Positions 1 to 10,465 of a stretch of DNA of 64,000 nt are shown here, one piece after another. The notes under the pieces were generated by a model that was not told the DNA's origin, did not search any database, and was given only the letters and a program-made list of their open reading frames with translations. Source of the DNA: Octopus sinensis (lineage: Eukaryota); NCBI RefSeq assembly GCF_006345805.1, contig NC_043010.1:39246001-39310000 (forward strand), read 5' to 3'. Made by a program: the position numbers and the translations under genes. The number at the start of each line of letters is the position of its first letter. The stretch's first letter is position 1.

Positions 1-52
<52 letters not shown>

Positions 53-53
53 T

Positions 54-197
54 AAAAAAAAATAAAGTACTCAGAAATCTGGATGGTCGTACACTTACAG
101 ATATTATTTAGATCTCACATATTTATTTAGATCGAGCTAATATAAGATTTATAAAAGCATGTGACATGTAAATAAAAATCTGAGTACCTTATTTTTT
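54..197. mobile_element. short element with imperfect terminal inverted repeats beside a (TA)n tract
   Basis: AAAAAATAAAGTACTCAGA (ending at 75) versus TCTGAGTACCTTATTTTTT (179-197). TGAGTACCTTATTT recurs at 31106-31119. Confidence 0.45.
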
Positions 198-226
198 CAA
201 ATATGTAATACCTGTAAATCACCTCC

Positions 227-227
227 A

Positions 228-301
<74 letters not shown>

Positions 302-303
302 GC
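227..303. repeat. (TATC)n microsatellite
   Basis: Direct reading. Confidence 0.97.
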
Positions 304-308
304 TATCT

Positions 309-719
309 TCTTTTACTCTTTTACTCTTTTACTTGTTTCAGTCATTTGCCTGCGGCCATGCTGGAGCACCGCCTTTAGTCGAGCAACTCGACCCCGGGAC
401 TTATTCTTTGTAAGCCTAGTACTTATTCTATCGGTTTCCTTTTGCCGAACTGCTAAGTGACGAGGACATAAACACACCAGCATCGGTTGTCAAGCAATGC
501 TAGGGGGACAGACGCAGACACAAACATACACGCACACACATATATATATATACATATATACGACGGGCTTCTTTCAGTTTCCGTCTACCAAATCCACTCA
601 CAAAACTTTGGTCGGCCCGAGGCTATAGTAGAAGACACTTGCCCAAGGTGCCACGCAGTGGGACTGAACGCGGAACCATGTGGTTGGTAGGCAAGCTACG
701 TACCACACAGCCGCCCCTG
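309..719 (-). mobile_element. tRNA-derived SINE, family A, near full length
   Basis: Minus strand has an A-box-like TGTGTGGTA, a B-box-like GTTCAGTCCC, a central GCACCTTGGGCAAGTGTCTT resembling the CORE domain, an internal (TA/CA) tract and a (TAAAAGAG)n tail. Near-identical copies at 25092 and 44721. Confidence 0.9.
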
Positions 720-1266
720 TATATAAAATATATAAAATGCATAGCACTATTGTATCAAAAAAATTAGCAACGGCTAAACAGACAAGACGTGCATTATTTT
801 ATGTAAATATGAAACATGTAATTCGCTGACATGTAAAATAACTTTGACAAGCTAGAATTAATTAAAGAATGCCAACCATCGGCCATGATTATTATATAAC
901 TGGGTAGATTAATAGTTAAAACATCTGTGTACAGAAATGCATAGATAGTAAATAGCTGCTTTAACTTGAATAAAAAACAATTTCTCATAATAGACAATAT
1001 GTCTGAAACATACAAAGCTGGGTTCAAGAGAGCAAAATGATTATTTATTTAGGTATAATAAATACAGTTCTTAATTCCAAATCCGTATTCTAACGACGCA
1101 GAAGCACCTGCGATGCAATTCGCTGACGTCATTCATGAAGATTGGTGTATTTTAATATTTTGCTATACGAAGTTGTCTTCTGAGAGATTTATCGCAGTGA
1201 AAGTCCCTGAACGTTTTAGTGTAGAAAATCGAATAAAAATTAAATATGCATCCGTAATGAGTATAT

Positions 1267-1322
<56 letters not shown>

Positions 1323-1495
1323 AATATTAGGGAATAAATCCAAATTTACAGGGAAAAAAATCATATTTAGGATTAAATCCAATTTTATAGTAAAATATTA
1401 TAAAATATTATTAGAGACAAAACCACTATTTTGCAAAACAAACAAGGAAAGACTTAATCAATACATAAAATTTTAATAAATAGTCAAAAAAACCG

Positions 1496-1538
1496 CCACT
1501 ACAATCGTTTCTTGTCTTGATCGACAATCTTCAGGTGG
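1496..1538 (-). ncRNA. minimal type I hammerhead ribozyme, mirror copy
   Basis: Exact reverse complement of 1612-1654. Confidence 0.8.
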
Positions 1539-1611
1539 ACTTCCAATAAGTCAGTTTCAAATTATGAAGTGAAAATTTCACTTCATAATTTGAAACTGAC
1601 TTATTGGAAGT

Positions 1612-1654
1612 CCACCTGAAGATTGTCGATCAAGACAAGAAACGATTGTAGTGG
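1612..1654 (+). ncRNA. minimal type I hammerhead ribozyme
   Basis: CCAC-CTGAAGA-TTGTC(GATCAA)GACAA-GAAA-C(GATT)G-TA^GTGG. Stem I 4 bp, stem II 5 bp closed by U-A rather than G-C. Predicted cleavage after 1650. Confidence 0.8.
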
Positions 1655-1741
1655 CGGTTTTTTTGACTATTTATTAAAATGTTATGTATTGATTAAGTCT
1701 TTCCTTGTTTGTTTTGCAAAATAGTGGTTTTGTCTCTAATA

Positions 1742-1796
<55 letters not shown>

Positions 1797-1840
1797 CCAC
1801 GTGTGTATATACATACATACATACATACATACATATCCAC

Positions 1841-2190
1841 CAAGACCAATGCCTGACCACTAACAACTATAAAAGCAACGATAAGCGCAGAATATGTAAA
1901 AAGCAAAATGTGATAGTCGACCACATCATTTCCAGCTGTCCAGCCCTTGCCAAATATGAATATATATACAGACATGACAGATTAAGTAGTTATATCCATT
2001 AGGCAATGTTGTAATACTGTAACATTAATCTGACAGGGAATGTCATAAATATGTGCCAAAGAAGAAACAAGACAACGACCAAGCCGCAATCATCTTGTAT
2101 ATGTCTGTTTAAATTGATAAAGAAATGAAAGCTAATCGACCACACATAATAATCAAGGATACGAAAAAAATACAGTTCCTTCTGACCAAA
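1841..2190 (+). pseudogene. R4/Dong-like (RLE-type) non-LTR retrotransposon relic, zinc knuckle to RLE
   Basis: Translates QDQCLTTNNYK..KRRICKKQNVIVDHIISSCPALAKYEYIYRHDRLSSYIH (decayed CCHC knuckle plus RHD motif), then KEMKANRPHIIIKD (decayed RPD motif). Stops and frameshifts present. Confidence 0.75.
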
Positions 2191-2334
2191 ATATTACTTA
2201 AAAATGAGTGGAGAGATTGTCACGAAAAAACCCCCTCTAATATAGCAAATGTGTTGTTATGCGGTGCGGATCAATAACTACAGGAAAAGTTGTCACTTTT
2301 GTCCTTGAATGCAGTTTGATTATAGGTGATGAAC

Positions 2335-2520
2335 GAAGCATCATTCTCGACTGGCTAAGATCAAACAACTGACAAGCAAATATGCGATATTGAGCAAAAT
2401 ATTTGTTGTAATCCATCGTTCATACCAAGAAAAACATGTACATGGTAACACTTGAAATAAGTTAAAATCAGAAACTATCTGAACCACTGCCTTTTCCTGC
2501 ACCAAGTAATTTATCATCAT
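2335..2520 (-). mobile_element. partial copy of the (AAT)n-associated element at 47005-47554
   Basis: Minus strand ACAACAAATATTTTGCTCAATATCGCATATTTGCTTGTCAGTTGTTTGATCTT matches about 47101-47155. It abuts a (GAT)n/(AAT)n tract. Confidence 0.75.
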
Positions 2521-2537
2521 CATCATCATCATCATCA

Positions 2538-2595
<58 letters not shown>

Positions 2596-2598
2596 CAT
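2512..2598. repeat. (ATC)n(ATT)n microsatellite
   Basis: Direct reading. Confidence 0.95.
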
Positions 2599-3063
2599 AT
2601 TAGAAAGGAATTATCATTTGTCAATTTAGATATTTTAATTTTATACTATTGTAATAATTAGAAGAGAAGAGAAATGTAATTAATGTTTTGTAATGAGTTT
2701 CTGATGTATGCAATTAAAGATTTTCATTTGAGATAATGAGCGAACAAATGGAAATAGGGAAATAGAAAAGGATTAAAAAAAGACAAGGTGTTTGTAACAG
2801 ACGGGGAGATTACGACAGAATACATACGGATAGGATAAAATAAAGAGACTGAATAGATGACGCATAACTAGATATATTGTGAGAAATGCTGTGGAAGGGT
2901 AGAGGTGAAGAAGTGGATATAGTCTTTGGGGAGAGCAAACGACCAGCGGAATTTGATAAGAAAAAAGAGTGAACACTGCATAGTAGACACGCATCAAGTT
3001 TACACGTAAGTACCTGTAGGATGTATCCGCGGTCAGTTTACTGTTGATATGTACTGAGAGAAA

Positions 3064-3230
3064 GGAGGCGAGCTGGCAGAAACGTCAGCATGCTGAGGTA
3101 AATTGCTTAGCGGGGTTTAGTTTCACTTTATGTTCTGAGTTCAAACTCTGTCGATAAAATAAGCACTGGTGTCGATGTAAGCGATTTATCCCCTCCACCG
3201 AAATTGGTGGACTTGTGTAAAAATGTAAAA
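3064..3230 (+). mobile_element. SINE family B, decayed
   Basis: GGAGGCGAGCTGGCAGAAACG head and GAGTTCAAA B-box-like motif, internally deleted. Confidence 0.75.
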
Positions 3231-3440
3231 CTGATATGTACTCAGAGAGGTATTGATATACATTATTTGCTATATCAATATATGAACATACATTACCATA
3301 GGATTCGTTGTGTGATGTAGACACCAGGGATAACGAAATAATGTGTGAAAATAGATGTAGGACTAACATCAATCACCGGAGAAATAAACATGCGCTGTTG
3401 AATTATCTACAGTGCAGATTACATGCATATATATATATAT

Positions 3441-3770
3441 GAAGGCGCGTGGCTCAGTGGTTAGAGTGTCGAGCTTACGATCGTGAGGTTGTGAGCTCGA
3501 ATCCCGGACCGGGCTGCATGTTGTGTTCTTGAGCAAGACACTTTATTTCACGTTGCTCCAGTCCATTCAGCTCTAGAAATGAGTTGCAACGTCACAGGTG
3601 CCAAGCTGTATCAGCCCTTGCCTTTCCCTTGGACAACATCGGTGACGTGGAGAGGGGAGGCCGGTATGCATGGGCGACTGCTGGTCTTCCATAAAACAAC
3701 CTTGCCCAGAGGGTAACTCTCTATGTGCAAACCGATGGTCAGTGTCTGACCAAAGGGGGTCACCACCACC
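3441..3770 (+). mobile_element. tRNA-derived SINE, family D
   Basis: GGCGCGTGGCTCAGTGG A box, GCTCGAATCCCGG B box, central TTGAGCAAGACACTT..GCTCCAGTCCATTCAGCT. Inserted in (TA)n. Confidence 0.8.
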
Positions 3771-5759
3771 ATATATATATATATATATACACAAATATAT
3801 TTATCATACCTTGATACTGTGTGGACGAAGATCCCCACTGGCAGGCCACTGATGTTGAATAAAGTGCTTAGTAATTATAGTGTGCAAATTATAACCGTGT
3901 GAGTGAATGTGTGTGCGTGTATGTGTGCGTGTGCATATGTCTGTTCATGTCTCCTTATCTTTATATCAGCTGCTAATTAGAAAGCCGTTGATGATATATC
4001 CATGTTTTAAAATTACATGTAACGATTCTACATTTCTTTGAATATCAATCACGAATATTTACAACCATATTATCTCGCGCCCATGTGTGTATAGGTTCAA
4101 AACGTGACGGGGAAGGCAATAGTCAATTACTGGAACCAATATTGCGTTATAGTGAATCTGAAAGCATTTTACAAACTCTTGGTTTTGACTCTGCTAAACG
4201 GTCTTCAGGTAAAGCTGAACATTTGACAATCATGTGACAAATTACCGAAGAAAGGTTTAAAGCTATATGCACAGAAGGTTTTTAAATATCTTCCCAAATC
4301 GATGGTATGTGTTGGATAAACTGAATTGATCTTTGCTGAAGATAACCTAAATATAATAATGCAGTTGAATTAGTTGATTAATAGGGAGTGTTATATCGTG
4401 ATAAAGAAGTCTTGTCATTATAAACACGGCTACGGGCAGTAAAAACAGGTAAAACCATGTTGAAGGAACATAGATGAAATAAATCCACATTAAAGAGGGG
4501 CAAATAGAGAATTATATAAATAAATAAATGAATCAATATATAGATTTTGCTATCGGGGAAATGGGCAGGAAACGAGGATGGTTTTTCACGAAAATGGTAG
4601 CTCATGAAGGAATATGGAAGGAGAGGATGATTTAAAGAAAATTGAAGTGGATCTAAAGATTATAACACTGTATTTGCTTGATGGTAAAGGTGATAGGAAT
4701 ATGGCTATAATGAAAGAATAAGTATATTCAACGCTAACATATTCGACACAGGGCCTCGGTTGAATGAAAATGATTGTGATATAAAGAAGGAAAGAGGTAA
4801 TAAGAGTTATTGGAATCTGGGTAAAGTTGATGGCTATTTACAATAAGTTGTGGACGTATGGAGAATGAATAGAGAAAGAGATGGATAAGTGTTTCAAAAT
4901 GTAATTAGGGTGCAGGAAAGGGACAACAAACTTCAATGTTTTGCGTGCAGTTTAAAGGAAATAAATGCAGAGGCACAAACTGGACAACCCACAGATAAAT
5001 ATGGTCTGAAACGGAAAATTAGCGATTTAAAAGGACATGAAACCGAATGTTTTCAAACGGAAGCAATTACACAATCAAGAATAATTCAAATGCTTCCATG
5101 GTCAATCGGCAAGGGGAAAATTCGTCCCTATATTAATAGTTGGTTACCGTTGGAATTACATATATGTAGGTATGAGTGATTAAAACTTCTTACATCAAGA
5201 ATCGAAAGTGTGAGGGAAAATCGTTCAGAACTCCAATTACGAAGCATTCTACAAGTTCCTAACTAGAACGCAAAATATTACTGTAGTTTTATGTACATAT
5301 GAAATGATTTTGGTTTGGTTATTATATTTTTTATGCTTTCGGTTAAAAACGCATAGAAAATGCGATACTCACGAAATTCTGACAGCTAATAATATAAAGA
5401 AATCGGATATTAACAACTAAAAGCCTAACTTAATGTAACGTAAAATATGTAACTAAACTACGTTTTATTTTGTCTACACAATGATTATAAACTACCATAA
5501 AAATACGAATATACGCGCTTTATTTCATTTACAGGCGCCATTTTTAGTTAAACATTTTTTACAAATACATAGTTTATTGACGCTGTAAGCAGCAGTGCTT
5601 CTGTTTTTGGTTTTAATTTTTTATTTGTATTTTTCCAGATAATCTTTTAAAACGTCATATTAATCTCAATCCATCCATATATTTTTTAGAGCATTGTTTA
5701 AATAGCTAAGTGGCAAGGTATTAAGATATTTATTATACTTAACGTTTAGCTATATGCAT

Positions 5760-5762
5760 ATG

Positions 5763-5805
<43 letters not shown>

Positions 5806-5807
5806 TA

Positions 5808-5843
<36 letters not shown>

Positions 5844-5890
5844 TGTATGTATGTATGCATGTATGTATGTATGTATGTATGTATGTGTGT
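5760..5890. repeat. (TA)n(TATG)n microsatellite
   Basis: Direct reading. Confidence 0.95.
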
Positions 5891-6826
5891 CTGGTTACAG
5901 CGCCATATCAAAGCTGACAGTTAGATCATGATGTATGTCTTATTTATTCTCTCTGCCATGTGTATTCTGAAACATAGATGATATGCATGAGTCATGTAAA
6001 AAACGTTGGAACATTTTTTCAGAAAGTTCTCACCAAATACTCACCACAAGCTCGCACGCTCTGATTCATTACACAGCTTCTTGCTTACGTTAGGGTCACA
6101 TCAATCAATCAAAGCCATCCTAATTAGGAATCAACTACAATGGGCAAGCCTTCTCATGGTATATGGATGAGGAGCCCATCCTCAAACAAATGTTTATCTT
6201 GGGCTTGTCCTGGTAAAAAGAAAAAAAGTGGTAAACGGGAGAAAAGATTCAAAGGCTCTTTAAAATCAAAATTGAAATGCGTTAAATTACGTTACGAAAG
6301 TCGTGAATCATTTGCGGTAGATAGGGATATGTGGAGAGCTGCGATTTTGGAGCTCTGTTAAAGATATTTAAGTTGAGAGATTTAAGAACGCAGAAGCGAA
6401 AATAAAATTTCATAAAAATGAGATTAATTTCAATAGCCTAAATCGAGTTTCTCATTCCTTCTTTATATGTTCTTCACGCATAAAAGTAATGCATATCAAA
6501 GGATCGCACCAGCCCACACATGTAGGTAAACCATACGTAAACTATTGGAATGTCATACATAAATTATTTGAATACAATGTCTGTCGAAAAACCTGCCGGT
6601 CACGTGGGGGATTGAAGTACCACTTCACAAGTGACGAGCGGAAAACAAAGCGAATGCTGAAATGAGACATTGATGTGATCAGTTATTCGAACAGCTTTCG
6701 TGAACTTTAAACATACAGACACACACACACACCACATACCCCCCACACACACATGTACATGGGTATATATATATATATATAAATGAAAGAATGGAGTCGA
6801 ACGAAGATGTTAACAAAATTCCTTTA

Positions 6827-6908
6827 CTCTCGACATATGTTTCGAAGACAGCATATTTTCATTCCAAAGGAATAAAGGGTGCATTATGCCATCTTCTCAT
6901 CAGGAGAG
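6827..6908 (-). ncRNA. type I hammerhead ribozyme with fully canonical core
   Basis: CTCTC-CTGATGA-GAAGATGGCATA(29-nt loop)TATGCTGTCTTC-GAAA-C(ATAT)G-TC^GAGAG. 12-bp stem II closed by G-C with a tandem U.G, GUC cleavage triplet, palindromic CATATG stem III. Confidence 0.9.
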
Positions 6909-6985
6909 AAAGGGAGCCTCTCTCGACAAGAAGACAAACAAAAATTTCGATGATTGCCTACATGGTAAACAAAGATGCTCCCTTT

Positions 6986-7049
6986 CTTTCCTGATAAGAA
7001 GATTGCATAATGAATGAAAATATGCTGTCTTCGAAACATATGTCGAGAG
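6986..7049 (+). ncRNA. hammerhead copy with core substitution (CTGATAA), probably impaired
   Basis: CTTTC-CTGATAA-GAAGATTGCATA(11 nt)TATGCTGTCTTC-GAAA-CATATG-TC^GAGAG. G8 is replaced by A. Confidence 0.75.
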
Positions 7050-7276
7050 TAAAGGAATTTTGTTAACATCTTCGTTCGACTCCATTCTTTCATTTATGCA
7101 TATACAACACACAAATTTCTGCACATGAACCCGGAGTTTCTACCCTTGACAGGTCGCTTCAACCGTGTTTCTGACGTGAATTTGCTACCCAGGTTTCGGT
7201 TAAACGAATTTTCCATGCTGACGATAAACATAGGATAATTCATTCACCTACTTAAATATATATATATAAATATATA

Positions 7277-7740
7277 TCACTTTGATCACTTTGACCGACC
7301 AGTCCGCCAGGCGTCCATTTGACACCGCTGGTCACAGCACGCTGTCCACTCCTCTCTGGATCGCGCCTTTCTCATCCACGTAATCCCAATCGTCCTCTTG
7401 AAATCGTCACTCCACCGTCGTGGAGGTCTTCCGGGTGGTCTTTTCCGCTCACGCGGGTACCACTCGATAACTGCGTGCGTCCACCGATTATCGGTGAGCC
7501 GGGCGACGTGTCCAGCCCATCTATACTTGCTGCGAGTATACTCTGCGATGATATCTCTCACGCCGGACTTCTTTCTGATGATGTTGCTATTTATGTGCTC
7601 TCTCAACGAGATACCAAGGATTGACCTTTCCATGGCTCTTTGAGCCGTTATCAGTCTTTGTTCTTCTCTCTTTGTGGTAGCCCATGTTTCACTACCATAT
7701 AACATTGCAGGCAGAACTGTACTGTCAATGAGGTTGGCGC
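7277..7740 (-). pseudogene. 5'-truncated RTE-clade LINE, C-terminal part of ORF2 and 3' end
   Basis: Open frame (ORF 7286-7753) with STVLPAMLYGSETW, RAMERSILG, RWAGHVARL, RPPGRPPRRWSDD. Ends in a tandem (TCAAAGTGA)2 tail at 7277-7294 followed by TA-rich DNA. Confidence 0.9.
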
Positions 7741-8589
7741 AACAGCAAAGCAAACAGAGCGACGCTTTTTTTAGAAGGCTTCACCGTGTTGAGATGAATT
7801 ATTTATGAAGTTGCTGCCTGCCCTGAATTGGATAACTGATCCCCCATTACCATTACGAAAGGGCACTTAGACCACCGATAGTCGGTTATGCGATCTGTCG
7901 TGTGAAAGCTGATAGTTTCCAGCCCCTGCTATCGAAGGATCCGAAGCGGTACGCCGGTGTCAAAAGATCACCATACCTACCCTTATCTGAAATGGATTCA
8001 CGTATCCTTTTGTCCTATCTATTACCATCACAATTACTCCTACTTTTTTTTCACAACCGTACTGCTGCTGCTAGTACTATCACCACAGTATTACAATAAC
8101 TTGATTCCGCAGGAATAAAATGCAAGGGATGATTAGCATTCGTAGCACCTTTCATACAGTATGTTTTAAAGGTAATACTTTCTTCTCCGTTTTTTTCTTG
8201 CAATGCTATAATTATACAACACCCATTAAAATATGCCTTTATCCGAACTAACTACGATAATTTTGGAGAAGTACTGAGAGGAACACTCCAAGTGTGAAAG
8301 AGTATTAGTAATAACAAGCTGAAAATTGTTTAATTTTCATACAACATATTTGGCTTGTATCATATACTTGTTCTTTAGGTGTCTGTATATGAAACAAAGC
8401 ATAGGAGAAAAACATACAATAATATAAAAACAAAAGACACAGTTTTTACTAAAAAATATTGAAATAACGAAATTACTTCGTCAATAAAACTATTTAAAAT
8501 TCTTTATCACCATAGTGTAGTTAGCCTAATCTTTGACAAATCCTCAATTAATGAGATTTTTCCCAAGAGCCATTTTATACATATACGTG

Positions 8590-8681
8590 CAGACCCATAT
8601 AGGCTGTATATAAACGTATATATATTGCACATATATATATATTTATATATGCTTACATGCATGTATATATATGTATATATA

Positions 8682-8742
<61 letters not shown>

Positions 8743-8810
8743 GTACATAAACATAAATATATGTATGTATGTATATGTATATATGTATATATATATATAT
8801 ACATACATAT
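8590..8810. repeat. compound (TA)n/(TATG)n tract
   Basis: Direct reading. Confidence 0.9.
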
Positions 8811-9336
8811 AAAGAAATGTTATAATAAACTGTTATCCATTTGAATAAAGTTATCCTTAAGACTTCATTAGCTTCTTGTTGCGAATCACTTTTCGTTTTT
8901 TACAAAGAATTTTTGTTTTACAAATATGTGTCAAGAATAGAATTTCAGAATTAGAAATGTCACTTCTAATTAAAGGAATGAATAATTTACTTTCAGTGTT
9001 TCATTAACGAATCTTTCATACAGCTTTGTAATTGTTCTTTCTGTAGTTTTTGATTATTTTTTTACAATTTTTACTCTTATCAATCTTTGTGAAAATTAAA
9101 CCATTTTATTCATTTTTTATATATTACATAATTCTTCCCGTGTAAAATGGAAATTATATCAGAATTGACAACATTTTAAAATAAGTAATTCTTGAATATA
9201 ACAATGAACAACTCTCGCCTAGAAATATATTAAATATCAATCGCAATAATATAACTTACTTTATCTGTGTGTGTATGCTTACATCTATACATGTTGTTAT
9301 ATCCCTATTTATTTATCTATCTATCTTTCTATCTAT

Positions 9337-9383
<47 letters not shown>

Positions 9384-9581
9384 TATACACTCAAAGTATA
9401 AGTATATAAGCATATTGTGGACTATTGGATATATGTCGATTAGTGTGTTGAATTGTTGAGTAGAGCACTCGTACAGTTCGGAGCCACCTGGTGTCATCTG
9501 CAATCGGGGTATATTACCGTTGAATCTACTTCAGGATCTTCACAGTGTTAGTTGAGATAATTATAATTTCTTAAGTAACCA

Positions 9582-9753
9582 GAAGATGGAATTAGTATTA
9601 ATCTTTATTCTGAACAACGGTCGTTTCGACCCACACTGCTACTGTCTCTTATGGATGCAACACATTTTGATCGGAGTCCCACCCATAAGGGACAGTAGAA
9701 GGGTAGGTCGAAAAGACTGTTGTACAAACTAAAAGTTTATACCAAATCCATCT
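9582..9753. repeat. old imperfect hairpin with arms of about 72 bp
   Basis: AAGATGGAATTAGTATT..CTACTGTCTCTTATGG versus CCATAAGGGACAGTAG..CCAAATCCATCTT. Roughly three quarters of positions pair by eye. Confidence 0.7.
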
Positions 9754-9769
9754 TTTTGTTACTTAACAA

Positions 9770-9803
9770 ATTGTTATTATTAACATTATTATTATTATTA
9801 TTA

Positions 9804-9852
<49 letters not shown>

Positions 9853-9870
9853 GTAGTAGTAGTAGTAATA
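9770..9870. repeat. (ATT)n(AGT)n microsatellite
   Basis: Direct reading. Confidence 0.95.
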
Positions 9871-9908
9871 TTTTATAGGATTGAGGTAACTCCTCCAGTA
9901 AGTATAAA

Positions 9909-10154
9909 TTTTACTTCTCGAACCATGCCATGTTCATCCGGGCCGGTTTCCAGGTTTCAGTGGCGTAGAAATTCGCCAGTTGGACGGGATACCGGTCCGT
10001 CGCAGGATCACTCATTTTTGCCAGCTGAGTGAACTGGAGCTACGTGACAATGGAGTGTTTTGCTTAAGAACACAACACATCGCCCGGTCCAGGAATCGAA
10101 ACCACAACCTTACGATCATGAGTTCAACACACTAACCACTAAGCCACGCGCTTC
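9909..10154 (-). mobile_element. SINE family D head joined to the tail also used by family C
   Basis: Minus strand GAAGCGCGTGGCTTAGTGG head and D-type centre, then GCGACGGACCGGTATCCCGTCC..GAAACCTGGAAACCGGCCC..GCATGGTTCGAGAAG. Confidence 0.8.
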
Positions 10155-10286
10155 TACTTCCATTAAGTACAGAAGCAAAAAAAAAAGAAGAGTGCCATTG
10201 TATCAAGTGAACAAGTTTAGTTTTGAACCTATGGAAGGCACACTAGATGCCGCGATATCGTTTCAAGTAGTGCCTTCTCCAATGAC

Positions 10287-10465
10287 TCAAAGATACAATA
10301 CCCTTCTTAGAATTCGAGCTGTACCCAACAATGCTGTCTCCTGGATCGCCTCGTGCTTAACAGCAGCTCCAATATTCTTGATATGTTTTCAAAGCCCTTG
10401 GAAACTGCTCCAATAAACATCGGTATCACCATTATTTTAATCGTGCCCCATAACTTTCCTATCTC
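10287..10465 (-). pseudogene. R4/Dong-like LINE relic, C-terminus of the RLE domain
   Basis: Frameshifted EIGKLW / VIPMFIGAVSKGFE / KHIKNIGAAVKHEAIQETALLGTARILRRVLYL*, stop at 10287-10289. Confidence 0.8.

Larger units (their letters stand above)
1400..1750. mobile_element. 351-bp near-perfect palindrome, probable Penelope-like element terminus
   Basis: 175-bp arms (1400-1574, 1576-1750) around a single A at 1575, one mismatch. (TA)n lies on the right, and on the left beyond an 80-bp extension. Each arm contains a hammerhead motif. The Penelope assignment is inference. Confidence 0.8.
6779..7097. mobile_element. foldback element with twin hammerheads, probable Penelope-like terminus
   Basis: Perfect 86-bp inverted repeats at 6779-6864 and 7012-7097, plus an imperfect inner pair at about 6882-6916 and 6977-7012. 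Starts at a (TA)n tract. Confidence 0.8.

Noticed and set aside
487-690. Recurrent ORFs such as MSSNARG..CPRCHAVGL and MRNWYLIYRPRKDERQSRPRRNLNS
   Set aside because: They recur because they are read from SINE A and SINE B copies, not from a gene family.
1400-1750. Palindromes as sequencing or assembly fold-back artefacts
   Set aside because: Arms carry mismatches or indels, are short and asymmetric, and three unrelated cases share the same orientation relative to a ribozyme motif. Read-level confirmation is still advisable.
7570-7610. CTGATGA inside the RTE fragment
   Set aside because: No stem II or GAAA follows. It is antisense coding sequence.
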